In this document: in pieces, positions 1 to 8,385 of the stretch
Numbering within the stretch: the first letter of the stretch is position 1
Layout of the letters: every line of letters starts with the position of its first letter
Assembly: GCA_944372715.1 (NCBI GenBank)
Contig: CALVZZ010000048.1
Coordinates: 1-37,968, forward strand
DNA from: an uncultured Clostridia bacterium
GTDB taxonomy: Bacteria; Bacillota; Clostridia; Christensenellales; UBA1242
Length of the DNA stretch: 37,968 nucleotides
Direction of reading: 5' to 3'
Made by a program: the position numbers and the translations under genes
The notes under the pieces: generated by a model
Databases searched by the model: none
What the model was told of the DNA's origin: nothing
What the model saw: the letters and a program-made list of their open reading frames with translations, nothing else

Positions 1-631
1 CTATACCACCGATAGTGTTATCATAGCCCGATACTTCAATACTAACATTATTGTTAGTACAATTTGTAATTTTAGTATTGGTTGCATATCCTACAACCCC
101 ACCAATTCTAGAAGAAAAAACATTTTCTAGTAATATTTTACCTTCAAATAAAACAATATTTTTAATTTCAGCTCCATTTGTCATACCAAATAACCCATAC
201 TCAGTTCTTATGATTGAATTTTCGTTTTTTATTTGTAAATTTGTAATGTAAAAATAATTACCATTAAAATAGCCTTTAAACTCATTTCTTAAAATCTGCC
301 CAGAGTCATTTACTCGAGCATACCCACCAATGGGTACAAATTCTTCATTTTCTAAATCAATAGAGTTGGTCATTTCGTAATATAGACCACTTGTATCTCC
401 ATCATTTTGAACAAAATTAGAAAGAGCAAACATATCTTCTTTACTTGATATTTTATATGGATTTTGTTGTGTACCATTACCCCCACTATATTGTGGAGAT
501 TTTACTTCTTGCTCTGTTGCTGTAATTGTTTGGTTGGGAGATATATAAAACAAATTTAGGCACAAAAAAGAACTTACTATTGCAAAAATTATGTATTTTT
601 TAATAAATGCGCTTTTTTTCTTCCATATCAT
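1..631 (-). CDS. Secreted repeat protein (GLUG / beta-helix-like), 5' part only; the gene runs off the window start
   Basis: The minus-strand frame is open from ATG (629-631) to position 1. I checked every in-frame triplet and found no stop. It is absent from the supplied track because it has no stop inside the window. My translation is MIWKKKSAFIKKYIIFAIVSSFLCLNLFYISPNQ..., a basic N-terminus plus hydrophobic core (signal peptide). It continues with 'GNGTQQNPYKISSKEDMFALSNFV' and 'GLFG...IGGVVGY', which resemble the start of GLUG-motif repeat surface proteins. Confidence 0.55.
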   Translation of the reverse strand, partial: MIWKKKSAFIKKYIIFAIVSSFLCLNLFYISPNQTITATEQEVKSPQYSGGNGTQQNPYKISSKEDMFALSNFVQNDGDTSGLYYEMTNSIDLENEEFVPIGGYARVNDSGQILRNEFKGYFNGNYFYITNLQIKNENSIIRTEYGLFGMTNGAEIKNIVLFEGKILLENVFSSRIGGVVGYATNTKITNCTNNNVSIEVSGYDNTIGGI

Positions 632-769
632 AATTTTACTATATAAGATTTTAATTTTTTTAACAAGCAAATATAAAAAATATTAGTTTATGATTGATTG
701 TATTAAAAATATGATATAAACTATAACCAAATTTATTTAAAAATAATATAACTATTGCACGAGGTAAAA

Positions 770-3241
770 ATGTTAGAATTAAAAAATATTTCAAAAACTT
801 ATTCAATGGGCGAATTAAAAGTTGAAGCATTAAAAGATATTTCAATTTCTTTTAGAAAAAATGAATTTGTTTCAATTTTAGGTCCTTCTGGTTGTGGAAA
901 GACAACGCTTTTAAATATTGTGGGTGGACTTGATAAGTATACTAGTGGAGATTTGATTATTGAAAATAAATCTACAAAAGATTTTACTGATAAAGATTGG
1001 GATGCATATAGAAACTCCAAAATTGGTTTTGTTTTTCAAAGTTATAATCTTATACCACATTTAACTGTTCTTGAAAATGTTGAGCTATCTTTAACCCTTT
1101 CTGGAATTAAGGCAAAAGAAAGAAAAAGTAAAGCCAAACAAGCACTGCGAGATGTTGGACTTCTTGATGTCATCAACAAGAAACCAAATCAGCTATCTGG
1201 TGGACAAATGCAAAGAGTCGCAATTGCAAGAGCACTTGTTAATGACCCACAAATAATTTTGGCTGATGAACCAACCGGTGCTTTGGATAGTGAAACTAGT
1301 GTACAAATTATGGAAATATTAAAAAATATTTCTTCTAAAAAATTAATTATTATGGTAACACATAATAAGGAACTTGCAGATAAGTATAGTACAAGGATAA
1401 TAAACATCTTAGACGGGAAAATAACAAACGATTCATCCCCTTTTAATCCAAAGAAAAAAGCTATGATTGTAAATAAAAAAGATAAAACTTCAATGAGTTT
1501 ATTCACAGCTTTTAATCTTTCCTTTAAAAACCTGTTTAGCAAAAAGACAAAAACTTTTTTAACTAGTTTTGCAGGAAGCATAGGAATAATTGGAATAGCA
1601 TTAATTTTAGCTGTAAGTAACGGTTTTACAGGTTACATAAATAACATTCAAAGAGACACATTAAGCAATTATCCCATATCAATTTCGAGTATTGCAATAG
1701 ATTATAATGCTTTGACAGGTGGAACTTTGCCAGACTTGCCAGAAAAAGGTGAAGAAGGAAATTTAACCATATATGACATTTCAAAAATAATTGGTGAATT
1801 TGGACATTTTAATTATTTATCTCCAAAGTTTGTAAACTACATTAACGACTATTACAAAAAAGATCAAGCCAAAGAAGAACCAGAACTTTCATCTTTAAAA
1901 ATTCAATATTCATCCAAATTAAATATTTTAACAGAAGTAAATGGTAACATTATAAAATTAGACACAAGCACAACAACAAGCAGTATATATGGAACAACCT
2001 CTTCATTGTTTTTTGAAGGGTTTGATGATAAAAACTTTGTTCTTTCTTACTATGATGTAATTGAAGGCACCTATCCACAAAATCAAAATGAAATTGCTTT
2101 AATTGTTGGGGAAAACAATACAATTTCAAAACAACAATTAGATAAATTAGGCATAACCTACACTTCCAACCCAGATGGTACATTTCAACCTATAAGTACG
2201 GAAGATTTTATTGGCAAATCTTACAAAGTTATAGTAAATGACGATTATTATGTTCCTGTTTATGACTCAAATTCAAATTTGATTAGTTTTAAAAAGAGTG
2301 AAGAATATTTAGATTTATACAATTCGGCAAATTCTATAACACTAAATATTAGTGGAGTGTTAAAATTAAAAGAAGACGCAACTTCTTCATTGTTTGATGA
2401 AGGATTAATGTATTTGCCTGAATTTAGTGAGATGTATAAAGAAAACTGTAAAAATTCATTAATAGCAACAAAAACATTAGAAAATCAAACAATTTATGAA
2501 CCATTTGAAATTGATGTGAGTGAATTAAAATCTTTTTTAGGAAACAGCAATCCTTTTGTATTTACAGACCCTAACTCAATGAAATTTATAATTGAAAATC
2601 AATATGGAATTGAAATTACACTTGAAGAGGTTTTGGATTTAGCTCTTCAATCCGTTGGTGCAAGTTCAATTCCTACAGGTATATTTGTATACCCAACAAC
2701 TTTCGATGCTAAACAAAATTTTATAAATTATGTTTCCGAATGGAATTCTTCAAATGATGGATTAAAGAATAAAATTGTATACACAGATGTAACAGGTTTT
2801 TTAACTTCTACACTCGGTCAACTTGTAAACATTATATCCTATGTACTAATTGCTTTTTCAAGTGTATCACTTATCGTTTCTTCAATAATGATTGGTATCA
2901 TAACTTACACTTCTGTTATTGAAAGAACAAAAGAGATTGGAGTTCTAAGAAGTATAGGCGCAAGAAAAAAAGATATTTCAAGACTCTTTAATGCAGAAAC
3001 TGCAACAATAGGTTTTATTTCTGGAATTATTGGAATTGCTGTGACATATCTTTTCTGCCCAATTATAAATATAATAATCAATACAGTTGCTGGAACAAAT
3101 GTTGGTCAAATTGCAATGTTAAACCCTTTGCACGCAATAATTTTAGTTCTAATAAGTGTTGTTTTAACATTGATTAGTGGATTTATCCCTAGCAGAATTG
3201 CATCAAAAAAAGATCCTGTTGTTGCACTTAGAACAGAATAA
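770..3241 (+). CDS. ABC transporter with fused ATP-binding domain and FtsX/MacB-type permease
   Basis: Track ORF 755..3241. I prefer ATG 770, with GAGG at 761-764 as SD; 755 is a TTG. Motifs: Walker A 'GPSGCGKTT', ABC signature 'LSGGQMQRV', Walker B 'IILADEPT'. The C-terminus has 'ERTKEIGVLRSIGARKKDI' plus three hydrophobic helices typical of FtsX/MacB permeases. These follow TM1 and a large (~400 aa) extracytoplasmic domain. Confidence 0.9.
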   Translation: MLELKNISKTYSMGELKVEALKDISISFRKNEFVSILGPSGCGKTTLLNIVGGLDKYTSGDLIIENKSTKDFTDKDWDAYRNSKIGFVFQSYNLIPHLTVLENVELSLTLSGIKAKERKSKAKQALRDVGLLDVINKKPNQLSGGQMQRVAIARALVNDPQIILADEPTGALDSETSVQIMEILKNISSKKLIIMVTHNKELADKYSTRIINILDGKITNDSSPFNPKKKAMIVNKKDKTSMSLFTAFNLSFKNLFSKKTKTFLTSFAGSIGIIGIALILAVSNGFTGYINNIQRDTLSNYPISISSIAIDYNALTGGTLPDLPEKGEEGNLTIYDISKIIGEFGHFNYLSPKFVNYINDYYKKDQAKEEPELSSLKIQYSSKLNILTEVNGNIIKLDTSTTTSSIYGTTSSLFFEGFDDKNFVLSYYDVIEGTYPQNQNEIALIVGENNTISKQQLDKLGITYTSNPDGTFQPISTEDFIGKSYKVIVNDDYYVPVYDSNSNLISFKKSEEYLDLYNSANSITLNISGVLKLKEDATSSLFDEGLMYLPEFSEMYKENCKNSLIATKTLENQTIYEPFEIDVSELKSFLGNSNPFVFTDPNSMKFIIENQYGIEITLEEVLDLALQSVGASSIPTGIFVYPTTFDAKQNFINYVSEWNSSNDGLKNKIVYTDVTGFLTSTLGQLVNIISYVLIAFSSVSLIVSSIMIGIITYTSVIERTKEIGVLRSIGARKKDISRLFNAETATIGFISGIIGIAVTYLFCPIINIIINTVAGTNVGQIAMLNPLHAIILVLISVVLTLISGFIPSRIASKKDPVVALRTE

Positions 3242-3279
3242 AAATTAACAAAGAAATATATTAATGAATATATATTTCT

Positions 3280-5202
3280 ATGAAAAAATCAAAGAAAAAA
3301 ACTTTAATCACTTGTGGCAAAAATTGTTCAATTTCAAAAGAAGCAATTATTGAAAAAAATGTTATTTTAGGCGATAATTGTAAAATTGAAGGAAAATGTC
3401 ATATTTTTTCTGATGTTAAAATTGAAAATTCAACTATAAAAAATTCAATTATAAAAAGCAAATCAAATATTATAAACAGTTACATAACAGATTCTCAAAT
3501 TGATGAGAATTGTTCTGTTGGCCCCTATTCTCACATAAGAAATAATTCAAATATTGAAGAAAATTGTAAAATTGGAAACTTTGTTGAAATTAAAAATTCC
3601 AAAATTGGAGCAAGAACAAAAGCTTGTCACCTTGCCTATATAGGCGATGCTGAAATTGGTGAAGATTGCAACATTGGTTGTGGCGTGATTTTTGCAAACT
3701 ATAATGGTTTTGAAAAATATAAAACAATTGTTGGAAATAGAGTCTTTATTGGTTGTAATTCAACCATTATTGCTCCTTGCATACTAAAAGACGAATGTTT
3801 TATTGCTGGTGGTTCAACAATTACACAAAATATAGGAGATAGAGAACTTGCAATTGCTAGAAAGCGTCAGGAAAATAAACAATCTTTTTATAATCCTTAT
3901 TTAGAAAATTTTAAAAGAGCTAAAATTTACTTTGGCACAGATGGAATTCGTGGAGTTTATGGAAAAGACTTAACACCACAACTTGCTGAAAATGTTGGAA
4001 ATGCTGTTTGTCAAATAAGAGAAAATGCAAAAATAATTATAGGCAAGGACACAAGAACAAGTGGCACAAAATTAAAAAAATCTTTTATCAAAGGAGCTGT
4101 TCAAGGTGGAGCAACAATTTTAGATATTGGAGTTGTTCCAACATCTGCCATATCTTACTTGACTAAAACCTTAAACTTAGATTATGGTATTGTTATAACT
4201 GCTTCTCATAATCCAAAAGAATATAACGGAATTAAAGTTTTTGGTAATAATGGTGTTAAAATTTCTGATTCAGAAGAAATAAAAATTGAAAACAAATTAA
4301 GTTCTAAAATTAACAGATTAAATGGAAAATGCTTAAATGTTACAAAAGAAGTAGCATTGTACGAAAAGTTTTTAAAATCTGCCGCAACAACAAATTTAAA
4401 AGGTCTTAAAGTTGTTCTAGATTGTGCAAATGGTGCAAGTGGAAAAATTGCTCCCAAAATTTTTAAACTTTTGGGTGCTTGTGTTCAAGCTATAAACACA
4501 AAAGGAGAGATAAACTTAAATTGTGGAGCAACTTGCATTCAAACATTACAAAGCAATATGAATGGTGCAGATTTAGGATTTTCTTTTGACGGCGATGCCG
4601 ACAGAGTCCTTATGGTTGATAAAAATGGAAAAGTGATAGATGGAGATAAAATTATATATTTACTTGCACTTTGGTACAAAAAAAATGGAATAGATATCAA
4701 AAAAGTTATTGGAACAATTTTAACAAATTCAAAAATTGAAGAGTTGTTGATTCAGGAAGATATTGAACTTGTTAGAACACAAGTTGGCGACAAATACATA
4801 ATTGAAGAAATGTTGAAGTCTGGAAAAACAATTGGTGGCGAACAAGCTGGACATATTATTATTGGCGACAAGCATATTACAGGTGATGGTATTTTGACAG
4901 CTATTATTCTTTCTTCAATATATGTTACAGACCCCAACTTTTTTGAAAAATGTTTAAAAATTCAAGTTTATCCACAAGCTAATGAAGAAGTAAAAACAAA
5001 AAATTTTAAAGCAAAAACTGTTTTAGAATCAGAAAATGTGAAAAATATAATTTTAAAAGCAAAAAATTATGGTAGAGTTATTGTAAGACCAAGTGGAACG
5101 GAACCAAAAATAAGAATTATGGTTGAAAGCATTAATCATTCTAAAGAGCTAGCAAAACAAATTAAAGAAGAAATAGAAAAAGTTGTTGATAAAATGGTAT
5201 AA
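3280..5202 (+). CDS. glmM: Fusion protein: GlmU-type GlcN-1-P N-acetyltransferase (left-handed beta-helix) domain (3280..3918) plus phosphoglucosamine mutase GlmM (3919..5202)
   Basis: aa ~80-205 match the C-terminal acetyltransferase half of GlmU by eye ('GNFVEIKNSKIGARTKACHLAYIGDAEIGEDCNIGCGVIFANYNG..KTIVGNRVFIG'). aa 214-640 carry all GlmM motifs: 'GTDGIRG', phosphoserine loop 'TASHNP' (Ser codon 4204-4206), 'FDGDADR', 'GGEQAGH', 'RPSGTEPKIRIMVE'. There is no uridyltransferase domain. There is no obvious SD before ATG 3280. Confidence 0.85.
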   Translation: MKKSKKKTLITCGKNCSISKEAIIEKNVILGDNCKIEGKCHIFSDVKIENSTIKNSIIKSKSNIINSYITDSQIDENCSVGPYSHIRNNSNIEENCKIGNFVEIKNSKIGARTKACHLAYIGDAEIGEDCNIGCGVIFANYNGFEKYKTIVGNRVFIGCNSTIIAPCILKDECFIAGGSTITQNIGDRELAIARKRQENKQSFYNPYLENFKRAKIYFGTDGIRGVYGKDLTPQLAENVGNAVCQIRENAKIIIGKDTRTSGTKLKKSFIKGAVQGGATILDIGVVPTSAISYLTKTLNLDYGIVITASHNPKEYNGIKVFGNNGVKISDSEEIKIENKLSSKINRLNGKCLNVTKEVALYEKFLKSAATTNLKGLKVVLDCANGASGKIAPKIFKLLGACVQAINTKGEINLNCGATCIQTLQSNMNGADLGFSFDGDADRVLMVDKNGKVIDGDKIIYLLALWYKKNGIDIKKVIGTILTNSKIEELLIQEDIELVRTQVGDKYIIEEMLKSGKTIGGEQAGHIIIGDKHITGDGILTAIILSSIYVTDPNFFEKCLKIQVYPQANEEVKTKNFKAKTVLESENVKNIILKAKNYGRVIVRPSGTEPKIRIMVESINHSKELAKQIKEEIEKVVDKMV

Positions 5203-5246
5203 ATAAATCTTTGAAAAAAATATTTCAGTGTGTTAAAATAACACTG

Positions 5247-5591
5247 ATGGAATTTAAAGTTGTAAATTTAAAGGAAAATAATCCTTCAGTAGAACTAGCT
5301 ATTGCTAATTTAGAGATAGAATTGGAAATTGCTAAATGTTCCAATATTAAAGCAATAAAGTTTATTCACGGTTATGGTTCACACGGTACAGGAGGAGCAA
5401 TTTGTTTAGCTGTTAGAAAAAGAATTGTTGATTTATGCAGAAAAAAGAAAATAAAATACTACATAACCGGTAATGAGTGGACAATTGAAGATGCCAGAGC
5501 AAGAGAAATTATATTTGAATGTCCAAACATTAATATTGACGAAGACTTAGGACATCATAATCCTGGAATAACGATTGTTTGTATACAATAA
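5247..5591 (+). CDS. Small Smr-like domain protein
   Basis: Track ORF 5211..5591 starts at a TTG; the first ATG is at 5247 (MEFKVVNL...). 'AIKFIHGYGSHGTGG' and C-terminal 'NPGITIVCI' resemble the Smr/MutS2-C HGxG core. The upstream LDLHG-type motif is degenerate ('VVNLKE'). The start codon is uncertain. Confidence 0.5.
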   Translation: MEFKVVNLKENNPSVELAIANLEIELEIAKCSNIKAIKFIHGYGSHGTGGAICLAVRKRIVDLCRKKKIKYYITGNEWTIEDARAREIIFECPNINIDEDLGHHNPGITIVCIQ

Positions 5592-5596
5592 AATTT

Positions 5597-5637
5597 AAAA
5601 AAATTCAAAATTTGCTTAAATTTATTTTGAATTTTTT
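5597..5637 (+). terminator. AT-only hairpin plus T-run downstream of the Smr-like gene
   Basis: aattcaaaat (5602-5611) pairs with attttgaatt (5624-5633). The stem is extended by flanking A/T runs and followed by T6. The stem has no G:C richness, so it is weak. Confidence 0.35.
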
Positions 5638-5673
5638 ATTTTATTATGCTTTACTACTTGTGATGGAGGGTAT

Positions 5674-6582
5674 ATGAAAAAATTTTTTATAACAACACTT
5701 GTTGCAAGTTCAGTTTTAGCCACATCATTGTTTTTTGGTGGTTGTGGAGAAACACAAACAAACAAAATGTCGGCGAATGAAGTTTATGCAATGGGAATGG
5801 TCACAGCAGTAAACTTTTTACAACAAAACAATTCACAAACAACAACCTTATCAGCAAGCTTATCTGAAAACACAAAACAAGAACTAATTCAATATGTTTC
5901 GATGTTTGAAAATGTTTTGCAGAATGGTAGAATTCATCCTATTGTTACGGACAACACAACATCGGATGATGCCTATGCGAACTATTCTAAAAAAATGAGT
6001 ATTACACTTGGTGATGAAATTTATAATATGTACTATAATGAAACAATTAAAGGTACAGAAACAGAGTATGACGAAGATGAAATTGAAAGAGATACAAATT
6101 CCACACTACTTGGAGTTGTTGTTATGGACAATGTAATTTATAATGTTGTTGGTGGAAGAGAAGTTGAAGAAGAGGAAGGAGATGGAGTTTTAGAAGTAGA
6201 AACTGAAATTTCACTTATAATATCAGAAGAATACATACCTGTTTCTCAAAATCAAGATATAAATTCAATTAATTTAAATGGATTAAATAATTATGTTAAA
6301 ATAAATCAGCAAATAGAAAATGACGAAACCGAATACGAATATACAACAAAATCTGGAAACAACTTAAAAACAACTTGTATTTCTTGGGAAAACGAAAGAA
6401 ACAGAGAATGCCTTGAAATTGAACTTGAAGAAAACGGCACAGAGGTTGAATACAAAATAAGAAAATATGACCAAAATAAGTTTAGAGTTGAACACGAAAG
6501 CTCAAATGGTGAGTTTGAAGGAACAATGGAAAATGTAAATGGAGAATGGAAATTTAGAAACAGAAACGGTCAAGAAATATAA
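5674..6582 (+). CDS. Putative lipoprotein, acidic, unknown function
   Basis: GGAGGG SD lies upstream of ATG 5674. The N-terminus 'MKKFFITTLVASSVLATSLFFGGCGE' is a signal peptide with a lipobox-like L-F-F-G-G-C. The rest is D/E/N/T-rich with no motif I recognise. Confidence 0.7.
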   Translation: MKKFFITTLVASSVLATSLFFGGCGETQTNKMSANEVYAMGMVTAVNFLQQNNSQTTTLSASLSENTKQELIQYVSMFENVLQNGRIHPIVTDNTTSDDAYANYSKKMSITLGDEIYNMYYNETIKGTETEYDEDEIERDTNSTLLGVVVMDNVIYNVVGGREVEEEEGDGVLEVETEISLIISEEYIPVSQNQDINSINLNGLNNYVKINQQIENDETEYEYTTKSGNNLKTTCISWENERNRECLEIELEENGTEVEYKIRKYDQNKFRVEHESSNGEFEGTMENVNGEWKFRNRNGQEI

Positions 6583-6611
6583 AAAAGAGCTTTAACTTAA
6601 GCTCTTTTTTT
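6581..6611. terminator. Bidirectional intrinsic terminator between the convergent lipoprotein gene and thyX
   Basis: An 8-bp stem aagagctt (6585-6592) / aagctctt (6599-6606) has a 6-nt loop. It is flanked by an A-run upstream and a T-run downstream. Confidence 0.6.
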
Positions 6612-6618
6612 ATAAACA

Positions 6619-7797
6619 TTAAATTTCTCTTGTTTCATTTACGCCGTCAATAAAGCCACAAGGAGAAGTACACTTGAAGTTATTAAATGTGCATCTTGCA
6701 CCCTTTGTATAAGATTGCATTTCACTTGCTCTTGGATGAGAATTCTTTTGTAAATTCTCAACATACTTTTTGAGTGTTTCATTTGTTTGGTTGTTAATTT
6801 CAAGTTGAGCAAAAGTACACTTTCTTTCCATCATTTTTAAAACAAAATTGTCAAATGAGCCCATTTCATTTACAGAAATTAAAAGCCCTTGTGGATAAAC
6901 CCTTGCTTGTTTTTGACAATCTTCCGTCCATTCCTTGATTAAGTCTTTATCGTGCATTAAAATTGGTGGTACATAAAATTCATCGTCATCTTTTAATTTA
7001 AACGAATAAGATAATGTTCTATGCCTTTGTGCTTGAGCTAGACAAGCAAAACTTGTTGTATAACTTGTTGCATAAACATCACCAAAATATTCTACCAAAT
7101 GATCATTAAAATTCATTAATGACAACACTCTTCCCTTACTATCAGCAGAAATAAGCTCATCAAAATATGGAGTTGTCTTTTTAATACATTCACAAAAATC
7201 AATCATTGCTGGCTTTAACATCTTATAAAATCTGTTCTGTTGATTATCGTCTTTATTTATCTCTTTTTGCATCATATGGTATATATAATTTAGTTGCCTA
7301 TAAGTTGTTGAATAAACCATTGATGTTGGTGTGAATACTGAAATGAGATATCTAGCATTTTCCTGAGCAAGTTTTTCAATTTTTTTCTCTGTAAAAATTT
7401 TTGGATATTTTTCTTGATATTTGTCTCTTATAAGTTTTTTAAAAATATCCAGCCATTTATCATAAAGTTTTTTCTCATCTTCTTTTAAAATCATTTTTGT
7501 GTATCTTGCACTTTTTTCACTTGTGGTGTATTGCTTTTCATTGTTTAACACCATTGCTAATGCTTTGGGAATATCTTCTAAATACAAGTTTATCATTGCG
7601 TGGTCAAAAACACTATGATGTCCACTACTTTTTGTTTGAACAGCCCTTTTGTTTGTTTTTTCTACATCTTCATTCACAAGTTCGTTAAAGCTTCCTGGCA
7701 TATAACACACTCCAGCATTGTGTCCACTAAACAATTCAATTTCTTCCTTGCTTGAAACATAATTGGGTTTTGTTGAACCTATAATTGAGATTTTCAT
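6619..7797 (-). CDS. thyX: ThyX-family FAD-dependent thymidylate synthase, atypically long (392 aa) with non-canonical motif order
   Basis: Track ORF 6619..7833. I prefer ATG 7797 (MKISIIG), preceded by AAAGGAGAA. ThyX hallmarks: 'SSGHHSVFDH', 'SEKSARY', 'AQENARYL', 'QRHRTLSYS', 'ARVYPQG', 'ERKCTFAQLEI'. The C-terminal tail is Cys-rich ('RCTFNNFKCTSPC'). Confidence 0.7.
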   Translation of the reverse strand: MKISIIGSTKPNYVSSKEEIELFSGHNAGVCYMPGSFNELVNEDVEKTNKRAVQTKSSGHHSVFDHAMINLYLEDIPKALAMVLNNEKQYTTSEKSARYTKMILKEDEKKLYDKWLDIFKKLIRDKYQEKYPKIFTEKKIEKLAQENARYLISVFTPTSMVYSTTYRQLNYIYHMMQKEINKDDNQQNRFYKMLKPAMIDFCECIKKTTPYFDELISADSKGRVLSLMNFNDHLVEYFGDVYATSYTTSFACLAQAQRHRTLSYSFKLKDDDEFYVPPILMHDKDLIKEWTEDCQKQARVYPQGLLISVNEMGSFDNFVLKMMERKCTFAQLEINNQTNETLKKYVENLQKNSHPRASEMQSYTKGARCTFNNFKCTSPCGFIDGVNETREI

Positions 7798-7817
7798 AAT
7801 TCTCCTTTGTTTTTTTA

Positions 7818-7846
7818 ATGATATCATTAACAATACACATTGTCAA
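7818..7846 (-). promoter_or_regulatory. Sigma-70-type promoter for thyX
   Basis: The minus strand reads TTGACA (7846-7841), a 17-nt spacer, then TATCAT (7823-7818), about 20 nt upstream of the SD/ATG at 7797. Confidence 0.5.
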
Positions 7847-7850
7847 TGAT

Positions 7851-7876
7851 AAAAAAAGCACAAAATATGTGCTTTT
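7851..7876 (-). terminator. Intrinsic terminator ending the prmC-prfA-NDK-like transcription unit
   Basis: Stem agcaca (7857-7862) / tgtgct (7868-7873) has a 5-nt loop. On the minus strand it is followed by a T7 run (the A-run at 7851-7857 on the plus strand). Confidence 0.5.
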
Positions 7877-7915
7877 CATAATTTTAAAAATTATAAAGTT
7901 ATTGTCTTAACTTTT

Positions 7916-8377
7916 TTAAAACAAATTTAATATTTCTTCTCGTGCTGATTTAGGACTGTCTGATGCGTGAATAACATTTGCCGTTGTTGTAAGTTGCTCA
8001 AACTCTTCATCTGTCAAAATTTTATACTTTTCCCTGCTAAGAGCAAATGATGGACGAAGAACTTCTTTAACCAAACTTCTTGTTCTATCAATAAACTCTT
8101 GTTCTGTTTCTTCAATTTCGCTAGAAACAACCATAACAACACATTCGGGATTGAATTTATATATACCTTTTACATCACCTTGAGTCATATATCTAACTAG
8201 GCTTTCATAAAAAGGTTTTCCTTTATGTTCTTTATAATGCTTTTCTATCTTATCAAGAGGCAAAACACATTTCTTTACATCTTCAATTTTTATTTTATTC
8301 TTAATTAAAATGCTATTTAATTCTTTTAATTTATCTGTGAATCCTGGTTTCAAAATAAACAATGAGTAAGTATTCAT
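7916..8377 (-). CDS. Divergent nucleoside diphosphate kinase-like protein
   Basis: 'LFILKPG' (NDK has 'IKPDG'), 'KHYKEHKGKPFYESLVRYMTQG' (NDK has 'HY.EH..kPFf..Lv.fm.sG') and C-terminal 'NVIHASDSPKSAREEILNLF' (NDK has 'N.iHGSDS.esA.rEI..wF', with the catalytic His). The central Kpn-loop/'TIRGD' region is not recognisable. Confidence 0.6.
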   Translation of the reverse strand: MNTYSLFILKPGFTDKLKELNSILIKNKIKIEDVKKCVLPLDKIEKHYKEHKGKPFYESLVRYMTQGDVKGIYKFNPECVVMVVSSEIEETEQEFIDRTRSLVKEVLRPSFALSREKYKILTDEEFEQLTTTANVIHASDSPKSAREEILNLF

Positions 8378-8385
8378 ATTTTCTC

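Noticed and set aside
51-251. Plus-strand 66-aa track ORF near the window start
   Set aside because: It lies entirely inside the much longer open minus-strand frame (1..631), which has a signal peptide and recognisable repeat motifs. The plus-strand ORF has no SD and reads as low-complexity sequence.
3242-3279. AT-only palindrome aaatatat..atatattt between the ABC transporter gene and the GlmU::GlmM gene as a terminator
   Set aside because: The stem is purely A/T with no following T-run distinct from background. It cannot be distinguished from chance in this composition.
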